A stretch of DNA of 64,000 nucleotides, from positions 302,161 through 366,160 of IMG/VR virus record IMGVR_UViG_3300012988_000001. The stretch is one strand, 5' to 3'. Each line of letters opens with the position of its first letter. The stretch's first letter is position 1. The translations under genes were made by a program, and so were the position numbers. A model generated the notes under the pieces. It made no database searches, was not told the DNA's origin, and saw only the letters and a program-made list of their open reading frames with translations. Of the stretch, positions 47,506 through 57,364 are shown in pieces.

Positions 47506-47635
47506 GAGGATTAAATGAAAGTATTAAATGAAAGTATTAAATGTTAAAATTGATTATAGTACATGTGAAGGATGTGGCTTGCCAGTATATCTCTGTGCAT
47601 GTCATGGTGAATATTTTTTAATATAAGGAACTGCC

Positions 47636-47920
47636 ATGAAATTAACTCGCGTACCAAATAGTACTAAGATGAAAACAGTCCAGTACTTCAACTTAGAACT
47701 GATCGTTCCTGAAGATATTAAGTACATTAGTGTTGATAGTGAAGGTGAGATTGTCCTTTGGTTCGGTGTGTACGAACCTTATGTTCGCATGTATTCATGG
47801 GGCGTAGATGATTGGGTAGGCGAAACCTATGATATGGACATGGGTACGGTCGATCTGGAAGGTATGGATTGGCGTGAAACCCTCGTTGAATACGAAGTGC
47901 AAGAAGACGATATCTTTTAA
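47636..47920 (+). CDS. hypothetical protein
   Basis: AAGGA SD. Confidence 0.75.
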   Translation: MKLTRVPNSTKMKTVQYFNLELIVPEDIKYISVDSEGEIVLWFGVYEPYVRMYSWGVDDWVGETYDMDMGTVDLEGMDWRETLVEYEVQEDDIF

Positions 47921-47960
47921 AAAGAAAAGGGTTGACAATAGTCAGCCCTTTTGTTATTAT
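47920..47960 (+). promoter_or_regulatory. class I terminator/promoter repeat
   Basis: TTGACA-N17-TATTAT in hairpin. Confidence 0.85.
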
Positions 47961-47996
47961 AGTACTACCAAAACGAAACACATTAAGGAACTCACT

Positions 47997-48401
47997 ATGC
48001 CAATTCTCGTATCAATTCAGCCACGGTTGCAGCACGGTACTCCAAAGTACTTCTTAGTGATTGAATCTGGCTATAATGCTGGTAAACTCATTATGCACCC
48101 GTCCTTTATCAGTACTGAATCAGCTAAGAAATGGGCTGAAGAAACTGGCTACACGGTGCAAGATGAAGAGATGCCAAAAGAAGAGATCATTCGCCTAGCT
48201 GAAGAAGTGCGTTATAAGTGCGTACACTTCACTATGAAGGCCGCAAAGCAAACTCTTATGATTGCTTGTGTTGGTAAAGAAAACTGCACCAAGCTCTTTG
48301 CAAAGGCTCTGGATGCACGTACCAAAGACCAGTTCTGTGATGCAGTAACTACTGCCGCAGCATTAATCCGTAATCCAATTTTAAGGAGTGTTGACGAATG
48401 A
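47997..48401 (+). CDS. hypothetical protein
   Basis: AAGGA SD at internal ATG. Confidence 0.75.
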   Translation: MPILVSIQPRLQHGTPKYFLVIESGYNAGKLIMHPSFISTESAKKWAEETGYTVQDEEMPKEEIIRLAEEVRYKCVHFTMKAAKQTLMIACVGKENCTKLFAKALDARTKDQFCDAVTTAAALIRNPILRSVDE

Positions 48402-48736
48402 AAAAGATTGCAATCGCATTACTAACAATGGTATCATTCTATGCAACTGCTGGTGGTGAAATCACTGGTACACACAAAGTAGTTGATGTTGACAGCGTAA
48501 CATATGAGCGTGTATTCCTCGGATGCTTAAGTACTTTCAAAGTAGATGCGAAGAAGCCAGCAGAAGATCTATCCGACCTTGTTGAAGCGTGTCAGAAGTC
48601 AGCACAAAAGATTGCTTCGCAAAGCGAGTATGTTGGTACTGATGATAAGTACTACATCACTATCAAGCCCCGGAGTCCTTCTGTACCTAAAGAATCTGGT
48701 GCTGGTGTTAAACCAATAAATCCAGTGAAGAATTAG
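48398..48736 (+). CDS. secreted hypothetical protein
   Basis: signal peptide (YATA). Confidence 0.8.
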   Translation: MKKIAIALLTMVSFYATAGGEITGTHKVVDVDSVTYERVFLGCLSTFKVDAKKPAEDLSDLVEACQKSAQKIASQSEYVGTDDKYYITIKPRSPSVPKESGAGVKPINPVKN

Positions 48737-48774
48737 AATAAAGGGTTGACTTCGGTCAGCCCTTTTGTTATTAT
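48737..48774 (+). promoter_or_regulatory. class I terminator/promoter repeat
   Basis: TTGACT-N17-TATTAT. Confidence 0.85.
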
Positions 48775-48802
48775 ATCTGTATCGAAACAAAGGAGACTTA
48801 CC

Positions 48803-49570
48803 ATGACACGCGAAGAAAAAGCAATCCAAATTGAAAAGAACTTCAATAGCATGATGGATGCTCTGGAATGCCTGATCGCCCCTAACAGTGCAATCAACAG
48901 CATGATCGTGTCTGGTAAAGGCGGTGTTGGTAAAACCTATAACATCGAACAACGTCTGAATAAAGCCAACGACAACATGGAATGCAACTTCAAAAGCATT
49001 TCTGGTAAGATTACTACAATGGGTCTGTATAAGGCTCTGTACGAAAGCCGTCACAGTACTGATATCCTTCTGTTAGATGACGTTGATGTGTTCGCAAACG
49101 AAACAACTATCGACTTGCTGAAAGCTGTACTTGACACCTCAGCCATTCGTAATGTATCATACATCACTAGCTCTAAGGTACTGGCTGAATCTGGTATTCC
49201 TCAAGAGTTTGAATTCCGTGGGAAGGTAATCTTCATCACGAACAAAAACTTAGCTCGTATGGCTAAGATGGAGAATGCTCTTTCTCCACACGTTGACGCA
49301 TTGTTAACCCGTAGTATCTTTGTTGATCTGCAACTCTTTACTAATGAAGAAGTAATGATCCACATCGAAAACCTTATGCGTAAGCATAATATGTTAGCTA
49401 AGTACGGTATCAACAAAGAGGGTTCTGATTTGATCCTCGCGTGGATGCTTAAACATGAATCTAAACTGCGTTCACCTTCTTTACGTATGCCTGTACTCAT
49501 GAGTGCAATGTATAACAAATTCCCATTCGATTGGGAAGAGAAGTGTGAAAATATGTTCCTTGAAAAATAA
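48803..49570 (+). CDS. AAA+/P-loop ATPase
   Basis: GKGGVGKT Walker A, LLLDDVD Walker B, VIFITN, LLTRS. Confidence 0.85.
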   Translation: MTREEKAIQIEKNFNSMMDALECLIAPNSAINSMIVSGKGGVGKTYNIEQRLNKANDNMECNFKSISGKITTMGLYKALYESRHSTDILLLDDVDVFANETTIDLLKAVLDTSAIRNVSYITSSKVLAESGIPQEFEFRGKVIFITNKNLARMAKMENALSPHVDALLTRSIFVDLQLFTNEEVMIHIENLMRKHNMLAKYGINKEGSDLILAWMLKHESKLRSPSLRMPVLMSAMYNKFPFDWEEKCENMFLEK

Positions 49571-49580
49571 TGGAGAAACC

Positions 49581-49862
49581 ATGACTACGATCCTTTTTGT
49601 ACTATCAGCAATTGTTCTAGCTTTCTATGTGATTGGTGCAGTAGCACTAATCTGGGAAAACAAATTCACTGAATACTTTGAATTCTTTGTTGAATTTAAT
49701 GGTTGGTTCATCACCGCTCTTGGTGCATTCAATTCACTATTACTTGTACTAGCAATTACAATCGGTGCAATTGGTTCTACGCAAGTACTAATCCTACTAG
49801 CATACATCCTATTCTGCATTGGTTCTATCGCGGTTAGTACTCACAAGTTTATCCGGGCGTAA
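49581..49862 (+). CDS. membrane protein
   Basis: GGAG SD, 3 TM. Confidence 0.75.
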   Translation: MTTILFVLSAIVLAFYVIGAVALIWENKFTEYFEFFVEFNGWFITALGAFNSLLLVLAITIGAIGSTQVLILLAYILFCIGSIAVSTHKFIRA

Positions 49863-49864
49863 CT

Positions 49865-50224
49865 ATGAACTGGGAGAATATACACTTAGTTTACTACGTG
49901 TACACTTCCATTAGTGTAGCCTTCTTACTATTAGCACTTGGTAAGTACTTCTGTGTTCGGAGGCTATACGAAGTATACAACGTACTGGACCGCAAACTTG
50001 ATTACGGTTTAAATGTCTGTCTCATCATCGGCTTTGGTATTCTAATGGTAGCTTACGTTTCACTGTTCTTTGTGTGGAAAACAATGATACTATTATCAGT
50101 CTTAGCAATGATGTTATGCGGCGGGGTCTTTACTATAATCGTAGTTTGCTTTGTATTGGGTATGGGTTATGATTTTCTTGGTTCATATCATCACAAACTA
50201 AAACGTAAGAAGAATCTATATTAG
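49865..50224 (+). CDS. membrane protein
   Basis: 3 TM. Confidence 0.75.
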   Translation: MNWENIHLVYYVYTSISVAFLLLALGKYFCVRRLYEVYNVLDRKLDYGLNVCLIIGFGILMVAYVSLFFVWKTMILLSVLAMMLCGGVFTIIVVCFVLGMGYDFLGSYHHKLKRKKNLY

Positions 50225-50235
50225 GAGTACTGAAA

Positions 50236-50541
50236 ATGCTTTTCTGGACATTGCCAATTATCTTTTTAGTACTTGGTGCGTTCCTAGCACTAGGTTGGTT
50301 CTTTAACGCAGACTCTTACCATTCGGCACAAAAAACGTTTGGGATACAAATTACCATCGGTGTAGTTGGTAACTTCTACCTGCTCCCTGCGTTAGCATAT
50401 TCCGTCTGGTTTGATGGTAGCAAAGATTTATACATCATTCAAGGATTGTACTTGATATTCTTTTGTGCTTTTGCTATAATGACTGCATTCAAAGGGTTGA
50501 TGATTTATCGGGAGAAGTATATTTTGGTGCACAAAGAATGA
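50236..50541 (+). CDS. membrane protein
   Basis: AGGAG SD, 3 TM. Confidence 0.75.
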   Translation: MLFWTLPIIFLVLGAFLALGWFFNADSYHSAQKTFGIQITIGVVGNFYLLPALAYSVWFDGSKDLYIIQGLYLIFFCAFAIMTAFKGLMIYREKYILVHKE

Positions 50542-50669
50542 AACCTGAAAGCTGGATTATCGAAGACATTCGCCGTATGCGGGGAACAAAAGAACGCACA
50601 GCAATCGAAGAGTCCTACCTCGATCTATTGCTGTGGTATGTTAAAGTACTGAACGAGAAGGAATAAACT

Positions 50670-51014
50670 ATGTGGGGATTTGTTAGTGAAATCATTTTCT
50701 TTGTTCTGGCAACATTGGGTTCAATAATTGCACTCGATTATATGTTCGGAACGGATAAGCTAAAAAATATACGCGAAGCTCTCTGCACCGACCGCCACGC
50801 TATTATTCTAATAGCAGGTGCAGTAATCCTAATTGCTGGTGTCCTGCATTTATGGGCTATTATGTTGGACAGTACAACATTTAAAGACCTAACAACTTTC
50901 TACATGTCATTGGCATGGACTATTACATGGGCGTATTATACAGTACTCAATGTAAAAGAAGGTATAATTACCTTACGTAATAATAGTATCCTTAAACGTC
51001 AAAAGCCCCAGTAA
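50670..51014 (+). CDS. membrane protein
   Basis: 3 TM. Confidence 0.75.
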   Translation: MWGFVSEIIFFVLATLGSIIALDYMFGTDKLKNIREALCTDRHAIILIAGAVILIAGVLHLWAIMLDSTTFKDLTTFYMSLAWTITWAYYTVLNVKEGIITLRNNSILKRQKPQ

Positions 51015-51028
51015 GGGGCTTTTCTTTT
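51001..51028. terminator. bidirectional terminator
   Basis: AAAAGCCCC-agta-AGGGGCTTTT between convergent units. Confidence 0.8.
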
Positions 51029-52193
51029 ATGGAATATAGTACGGAACTGTAGTATCAATTGAATAAATTGGATGTGATGGCGTAAACACTGATCCAGTAC
51101 CATACAATTTACCATTGTATACAAACACTGTACCTGATAACATTTTACCCGGAAATAAAAACTCATTATAATCGGTGGGTGTTGGTGTACCTGAACTTAA
51201 TACATATGAAGAAAGTACTGCTGTACTCCCATTACCATTACCGTATTGGTTACCATTACCGACAGAATATATACCAGTAGTTGCAATAACACTTACTGTA
51301 TTACTACTCTGTTGTGAAGGCATTAACTTGACTGGTGTTGCAGCAGTACCACCAGTACCGAATTGTGTGGAAAGAGCAAACGTCAATTGGTTTCCAGTAG
51401 TTGCACCATTACCACCAAACGCCGCATTTCCAGCAAAAAGAACAACTTTCTTGGTCGAACTATTAGTCTGTGCGATAAGTTGGACAAAATCAGAACCTGC
51501 AACAACATCAGTGATTAGTGGATATGTAGTAACGACTGTTGAACTAGTACTTTGTGTCCATGTATTAACTTGTGTAGTATTGTTATTACCAAATTGTCCA
51601 TTGGCGTTATATCCAGCGAACCATACTTTATTTGAGGTATCAATATGAGCAGCACTTCGATTATGTATTGAGATTTTTAATACACCACTTTTGATCAAGA
51701 ATGGCGTTCCATATCTTGTCCCAACTGCCCCAGAACCTAATGCACCTTCTAAGTTATAACCCATACCATACATATTACCCGCATTATCAAGTATTAGTGT
51801 ACTGTACTGTCCAAACTTCATATCTACAATTGTATTAAGCGGAATCACAGGACTGATTGTTGTTATTTGGGTCCACACTTGAGTACTACTACTTCCGGTG
51901 GCTAACATCGTATACTGTAATCCACACCAGTAAGTAGTATCATCGTTTTTAATAATAAACGTGGTATAGTTCGATGAATAAAAATCACGAACATTTGTAT
52001 TTGTTAATGTCCACGTTGTTCTAGGGCTGTTGTCACCTAAACCAAAGTTACCAAATCCTTGACCTCCTAGGCAATACAACTCACCGTTATCATATAGGAT
52101 AAAGATACCACCAGTACTGGTACTAACTTTCTTTATTTTTGGTGCTTCTGGTAATATATTACCATATTTTACTATTCTTGCGAATGGAATCAT
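51027..52193 (-). CDS. MIPFARI-family protein, RCC1-like beta-propeller
   Basis: MIPFARIVKYGN; G.N..G.LG repeats. Confidence 0.85.
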   Translation of the reverse strand: MIPFARIVKYGNILPEAPKIKKVSTSTGGIFILYDNGELYCLGGQGFGNFGLGDNSPRTTWTLTNTNVRDFYSSNYTTFIIKNDDTTYWCGLQYTMLATGSSSTQVWTQITTISPVIPLNTIVDMKFGQYSTLILDNAGNMYGMGYNLEGALGSGAVGTRYGTPFLIKSGVLKISIHNRSAAHIDTSNKVWFAGYNANGQFGNNNTTQVNTWTQSTSSTVVTTYPLITDVVAGSDFVQLIAQTNSSTKKVVLFAGNAAFGGNGATTGNQLTFALSTQFGTGGTAATPVKLMPSQQSSNTVSVIATTGIYSVGNGNQYGNGNGSTAVLSSYVLSSGTPTPTDYNEFLFPGKMLSGTVFVYNGKLYGTGSVFTPSHPIYSIDTTVPYYIP

Positions 52194-52203
52194 TATTTTT
52201 CTC

Positions 52204-53295
52204 CTACGGTAATTGTATTTCAGTAAATGAAGTGGAATTTATATTAAAAACAGAAAGTGCACTGCTACCAGTACCAGTAGCATATAACTTACTATCAACA
52301 ACAACAAATACGCAGTTGTTTGAAGAACTGGACACCCATTCAACATTCGTCAATGGTAACCCAGATGAATACCTACCAAACTGTGAATGTGTTACCAAAT
52401 CACCAGTACCCAATGTATTGTTATCATTGCGACCTGCACTATATAATCCACTTTGTGGATTAGCACTGGCAAAGATGTTATCACCACACGCACCAGACTG
52501 CACCAAATCGCCTGTAGCGTTACCAATGCCTGTCCATTGACCCGAACTACCATTGGTGTTCAAAAACGTGCTACCACACGCATAGGCGACATTTGAATAG
52601 TTCACAGCATAAGTCGCTGCTCCGTTTGTAACCACATCACGGATGTTTGTCATTGTGGATGCTCCCAACGGACCTGAACTAGATGCCCCAGTACTACGCC
52701 CCAATTGACCACCACCGTTATATCCACCACAGTATAATGAACCGTCTTTCAGTACAACACATGTAACATTACTACATGAGAATATCTTAGCTCCATCTGC
52801 ATATACATATTGCGGCGTAGATGTAGTACTGTATATTTCCCCATATGTATTATAACCACGTGTGTATACTTTGCCATCAGTTAATAAGTAAACCATACCA
52901 GTACTTGTTAATGTAATATCGGCAATCGTATCTAGTGTAAAATGTGTAAAGTTTGGAGTAACATCAGTCCAGACCGTATTTTGAGTACCAGAACTTGAAG
53001 CAGTATACAATGACTGTCTTCCGATATGCCACCATGTACCATCTTCGGTGATGGCTAATGCACATTTATCACCATAACCACAATATAAACGTTGTACATT
53101 ACTTCTTATTAATTTAAATGCACCGGGACTAGAAACTCCATCGGGATATACGGAAGCATCACTTCCTCTAGCATACAAATCACCATTTTGATATAATATA
53201 AACAATGTATTATTGTTCATTATTGCCATTTTTTTAATATTCTTTAAGTCCGGGGCAATATTACCGTACTTACTTATTCTTGCAAATGGTATCAT
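52204..53295 (-). CDS. MIPFARI-family protein, RCC1-like beta-propeller
   Basis: MIPFARISKYGN; GYNGGGQLG, GRNDNNTLGTG. Confidence 0.85.
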   Translation of the reverse strand: MIPFARISKYGNIAPDLKNIKKMAIMNNNTLFILYQNGDLYARGSDASVYPDGVSSPGAFKLIRSNVQRLYCGYGDKCALAITEDGTWWHIGRQSLYTASSSGTQNTVWTDVTPNFTHFTLDTIADITLTSTGMVYLLTDGKVYTRGYNTYGEIYSTTSTPQYVYADGAKIFSCSNVTCVVLKDGSLYCGGYNGGGQLGRSTGASSSGPLGASTMTNIRDVVTNGAATYAVNYSNVAYACGSTFLNTNGSSGQWTGIGNATGDLVQSGACGDNIFASANPQSGLYSAGRNDNNTLGTGDLVTHSQFGRYSSGLPLTNVEWVSSSSNNCVFVVVDSKLYATGTGSSALSVFNINSTSFTEIQLP

Positions 53296-53344
53296 ATTGT
53301 TATCCTTTATTTTATCTCTTTTTATATTTAAGTACTCAAATTAC

Positions 53345-54076
53345 TTAAGGATATAAGTTAGTTAAACTGAAATTGGCATTAACCACTAAATCCTTACGAA
53401 CCCTGTATCTATCTACGTATGTATGGTTTGAACCATTGTTATTTACATGTCCACCTATTCCAAATCTAGTTGCACCAGTTGGTGTTGGAAATGTAAATGT
53501 AAAAGTATCTACTTGAACCCCGTTGATAAAGAAATAACTATTCTTTGTAACAGAATCATATGAATACAAAATATGTTTCCATACATTAGTACTTAATCCT
53601 GCATATAAAGTTCCTGAACGAGAAGTACTTGTCCCGGCATATTGATAGTATACATTGGGATTAAAAGGAAACCATGCCATTAGTTTAGGGTTATTATTGG
53701 AAGCCGTTATATAATGTCCAAATGGTATAGTTTCTAATGAACCATTGGAGATTTGTCTTTGCCAAAAATCTACAGTAAATGACTGACTACTCCCAAGCTG
53801 CACGGAAAGAACAGTACTGTCTAAACTACTAACTAATCCCGCAGCCAAGTTTATTATATTTGTACCGTATGGCCCTGTACTGTCAATCATTAAATTGGGA
53901 CGTAAGTATCCAGCATTCTGCATTTCCAAGGTCATAGTATTACCTACATAATCAGTAAATCCATTACTGGAAAAATTATTACCATCCCACGCCATTACTA
54001 CATTACTATCAGTATACCAAGGTGGACTAATTGGTAATGTATTACCATATTTTGATATTCTTGCAAATGGTATCAT
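53345..54076 (-). CDS. MIPFARI-family protein, LamG/ConA-like domain
   Basis: FTVDFW...WKHI...FINGVQ...GIGG...DRYRV. Confidence 0.85.
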   Translation of the reverse strand: MIPFARISKYGNTLPISPPWYTDSNVVMAWDGNNFSSNGFTDYVGNTMTLEMQNAGYLRPNLMIDSTGPYGTNIINLAAGLVSSLDSTVLSVQLGSSQSFTVDFWQRQISNGSLETIPFGHYITASNNNPKLMAWFPFNPNVYYQYAGTSTSRSGTLYAGLSTNVWKHILYSYDSVTKNSYFFINGVQVDTFTFTFPTPTGATRFGIGGHVNNNGSNHTYVDRYRVRKDLVVNANFSLTNLYP

Positions 54077-54087
54077 ATTTTGTCCTA

Positions 54088-54759
54088 TTATTTTATCTCT
54101 TTTATATTTAAGTATTTTATATATCCAGTAAAGGCAGAACTCAATCCCTTAAAGTATCCCCCAATACCAAATGTAGTGCTAGCACCAAATGGTTGGTTTG
54201 TGCCAGTAACTGTACCCTGTTGTACTCCGTTCATATCGTATATGGTTGCCGTTGTTGTCAATCCAATGCGTGTAATGACAACACGCCTCCATGCATTATC
54301 AACTGCACCAGTTACGTAGTTACGCCAATAATCACTTATTGTGTTACCAGTAGTGAATATCTGTGCTTGTCCTGAAGTTTGGTGTATTTGATAGCATATC
54401 CCTGTACTCCAGTTTGCGGCATCAGGATAATAACCAGTTCCCCATACCAATGCGGTTGATCCCGCTGAACTTAAATATTCAAATTCCATGACCCAGTTTT
54501 TAGTACTCAAATCTAACGCTGAATTTGATGTTATAGGAGAACCAAATATAGCTCCGGTGAAATACATCACATTACCAGCACTTGTATTATCGTAAACAAC
54601 CGATGCCGCACCGGAATTTAATTTTGTAAAAACATTTGCATGTGAACTATTATCAACAATATTAGTATCTCCTACAGTACTTTTTCTAAAATCAACGTCC
54701 AATAACGTTAAATCTGTAACAGTATTACCATATTTGCTTATTCGTGCAAAAGGTATCAT
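54088..54759 (-). CDS. MIPFARI-family protein, LamG/ConA-like domain
   Basis: WRRVVITR...FGIGG...FTGYI. Confidence 0.85.
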   Translation of the reverse strand: MIPFARISKYGNTVTDLTLLDVDFRKSTVGDTNIVDNSSHANVFTKLNSGAASVVYDNTSAGNVMYFTGAIFGSPITSNSALDLSTKNWVMEFEYLSSAGSTALVWGTGYYPDAANWSTGICYQIHQTSGQAQIFTTGNTISDYWRNYVTGAVDNAWRRVVITRIGLTTTATIYDMNGVQQGTVTGTNQPFGASTTFGIGGYFKGLSSAFTGYIKYLNIKEIK

Positions 54760-54770
54760 ATTTTCTCTCC

Positions 54771-55478
54771 TTAATAATGTATTCCCGCTCTCATTCTATA
54801 CCTATCAATCGCCGCAGTAAAATTAGCATTGTCTACGGTCCTGATGCTAGCTGTTGTTGTTGCACCCGGTGATGCTAATGTTCTAGTAACTGAACCCTGA
54901 TATACTTCATTAATATAAAATTTCAACAGTCCCGAAGACTTCTCATATGTAATAGCATGATGCTGCCATACTCCTTGACCATAATATGCAGTAGTAGGCC
55001 AAGAACTATAAGAAACTGGTGCACCACTGTTATTCCATAAGTGCACATATCCCGGCTGATTACCACCACTATATGCTATTAATATTCTTGATGTAGAAGC
55101 AATAGCAGAAAACGGAGTGTTAATCGCTAATGGATATAAATGCACTACCGCAGGATATACATACGCATCAAGTTGTTTAGTGTGATAATCTATAGTCCAA
55201 TCATTATCTATATAATTTCCAATAGGAAAACTACTAGCTCCTATGTTCCAATATATACCACCACTTTTAATCATCAAACCAGTACCAAACGGTGAATCTG
55301 GATAACTCTCTATAGTACTAGTTGCCGCACCACCATTACCCTTTAACAATGGTACACCATTATAATCAGTCCATCCACTTGTACCAACAATTCTAGTACT
55401 GTCAAATGCAATTAATGTATCTTTATACCACGGATCTGGTCTATTTCCGTAAGTACTTATTCTTGGAAAAGGTATCAT
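54771..55478 (-). CDS. MIPFPRI-family protein, LamG/ConA-like domain
   Basis: WTIDY...WQHHAITY...FYIN...IDRYRMRAG. Confidence 0.85.
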   Translation of the reverse strand: MIPFPRISTYGNRPDPWYKDTLIAFDSTRIVGTSGWTDYNGVPLLKGNGGAATSTIESYPDSPFGTGLMIKSGGIYWNIGASSFPIGNYIDNDWTIDYHTKQLDAYVYPAVVHLYPLAINTPFSAIASTSRILIAYSGGNQPGYVHLWNNSGAPVSYSSWPTTAYYGQGVWQHHAITYEKSSGLLKFYINEVYQGSVTRTLASPGATTTASIRTVDNANFTAAIDRYRMRAGIHY

Positions 55479-55479
55479 A

Positions 55480-56613
55480 TTAACTCACTCCCACTAATGT
55501 AGATTTAACTAGATTTATATTACCAGTATTAACACCCAATTGATATGCTAAACTATTACCACCCATAACAACACCAGTTTTCTGTAATGATATATACTGA
55601 ATAGAGGTAGCACTTTCAGTACTTGGAGTATAAATTTTAGTAATAACTTCATCAACATTTTTATTAGCACGACCAACATATGACCCAACTGAATCAAATG
55701 ACGAAGTTCTATTCACATTTCTACCACCAGCATTCAGTACTGTAGGAGTAGCAGTAAGTACATAATACGAACTCTCATAGTTCAAACCAAATAACTTAAC
55801 TCCACTAGCCATTAAAGTATTATTAAATGTTGGCCTGTTTAGATTTCCGTCCAACTCACCATTTAAATTACCATCACCATATAGTGTCCCAGTATCATCT
55901 AAGTACATAATACTCGCCCCACTTCCACATGCAATCTGAACTATATTACTAGCTGCTGTTCTCTGTATCCATGCTGTAGTACTAATATATGTTCCAAATC
56001 CAAATCCAGTACCAACCGCACGAACTGAACCAGCACCCCATACTGTACCATCATTAAGCAACAATGTACTATATGCACTACTACCTTCACTTGTAACAAA
56101 TGTATGAAACATATCTTTAATGTTATTCTTACTGCTCAAAGTCCATGTACTAATCAATCCAGTACTTGCATTTCCAAATCTACCGTTAGTTCCCGCTCCA
56201 CGGAAGTATAATGTACCATCATTTAATAGTATCATAGCACTCGCATTAGTACTGCATTGTATTTTCTTAATATTAATCGCACTAAACGGTAAAGTCATCA
56301 CTGTTGGAACAGAAACCACACCTCCACTATCAAAAGATACGGCTACGCCTATACGGTATAGCGTAGTGTTTTTAACATACATCGTGAATTGATATCCACA
56401 AAACATAGCTGATACTCCAGTATCAACCAATACAAAGGTAGAAGTCGTAGTTATTAAACTATTGTTTAGAATGTTGTTAGTATTTGTTCCTCGTCCCCAC
56501 AAGTTACCATCACTGTCTAAAACCAATGCATGTGACCTAGATACCTGTATATCAACTATATTTTTAATCTTAACTGAATTACCATATTTGGATATTCTAG
56601 CAAACGGTATCAT
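55480..56613 (-). CDS. MIPFARI-family protein, RCC1-like beta-propeller
   Basis: HALVLDSDGNLWGRGTN, GTNGRFG. Confidence 0.85.
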   Translation of the reverse strand: MIPFARISKYGNSVKIKNIVDIQVSRSHALVLDSDGNLWGRGTNTNNILNNSLITTTSTFVLVDTGVSAMFCGYQFTMYVKNTTLYRIGVAVSFDSGGVVSVPTVMTLPFSAINIKKIQCSTNASAMILLNDGTLYFRGAGTNGRFGNASTGLISTWTLSSKNNIKDMFHTFVTSEGSSAYSTLLLNDGTVWGAGSVRAVGTGFGFGTYISTTAWIQRTAASNIVQIACGSGASIMYLDDTGTLYGDGNLNGELDGNLNRPTFNNTLMASGVKLFGLNYESSYYVLTATPTVLNAGGRNVNRTSSFDSVGSYVGRANKNVDEVITKIYTPSTESATSIQYISLQKTGVVMGGNSLAYQLGVNTGNINLVKSTLVGVS

Positions 56614-56716
56614 ATTTTTTTACCCTCCCTTAAGGTAATCTCATCAATTATCTCTAAAGATACTTATTATGTATTTAACCAAAAAAAGGCCAGTACAGTC
56701 AATGTACTGACCCATC

Positions 56717-57364
56717 TTATACACTCATTGTCATCCTGTAATTATCTATTATCCCTATTAATGGTATAGCATTATCAGTACTATTACCAATCCTCAATGT
56801 ATTCGAAGATGAACTAAAACCTAAACTCATCACCTGTGATGTACCAATCTGTACATCATTAAGCCAAAAAGATAAGTTCGTACCAACTCTCTGTAACTTA
56901 ATCTTGAACCAAGTATTAATCGGTAACTTAGTAGAACCAACACCGAATCGGAATCTCTGTACCGATCCTGTAGTACTGTAACCATCTAACGATATCTGAC
57001 TAGCTGCACCAAACACGTTGTTTAATGTAACCCAATAAGATCCAGTACCTAAGTTATTATTTAAATTACCAACTAATATCTGCGTAGCAGTAGAAGTCAA
57101 ATACACATTACTCTCAATAACAAAATTAGTACTGTTACCTATACTAAACACCGATGGAACTCCACCAGAACCTATCTGCAAATATCCAGATGCTGGAAAT
57201 TGTATAGCATTATTCTGCGAAGTCACAAAATTAGTCGGTGTAACATTTATGTTTGAACTCTTTACCACAAAATCATGCATCTGATTCTGTAGTACTGAGA
57301 TTATTTTATTTGGATTGTCATACGAAGTATTCCCGTATTTCACTATCCTTGCAAAAGGTATCAT
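56717..57364 (-). CDS. MIPFARI-family protein, LamG/ConA-like domain
   Basis: NTWFKIKLQRVG...LRIG...GIIDNYRMT. Confidence 0.85.
   Translation of the reverse strand: MIPFARIVKYGNTSYDNPNKIISVLQNQMHDFVVKSSNINVTPTNFVTSQNNAIQFPASGYLQIGSGGVPSVFSIGNSTNFVIESNVYLTSTATQILVGNLNNNLGTGSYWVTLNNVFGAASQISLDGYSTTGSVQRFRFGVGSTKLPINTWFKIKLQRVGTNLSFWLNDVQIGTSQVMSLGFSSSSNTLRIGNSTDNAIPLIGIIDNYRMTMSV

Noticed and set aside
1358-50000. Numerous antisense and alternate-frame ORFs in the track (e.g. 1358..1738, 2081..2548, 39885..40259, 51175..51648)
   Set aside because: They overlap well-supported genes, lack SD sites and read as shadow frames
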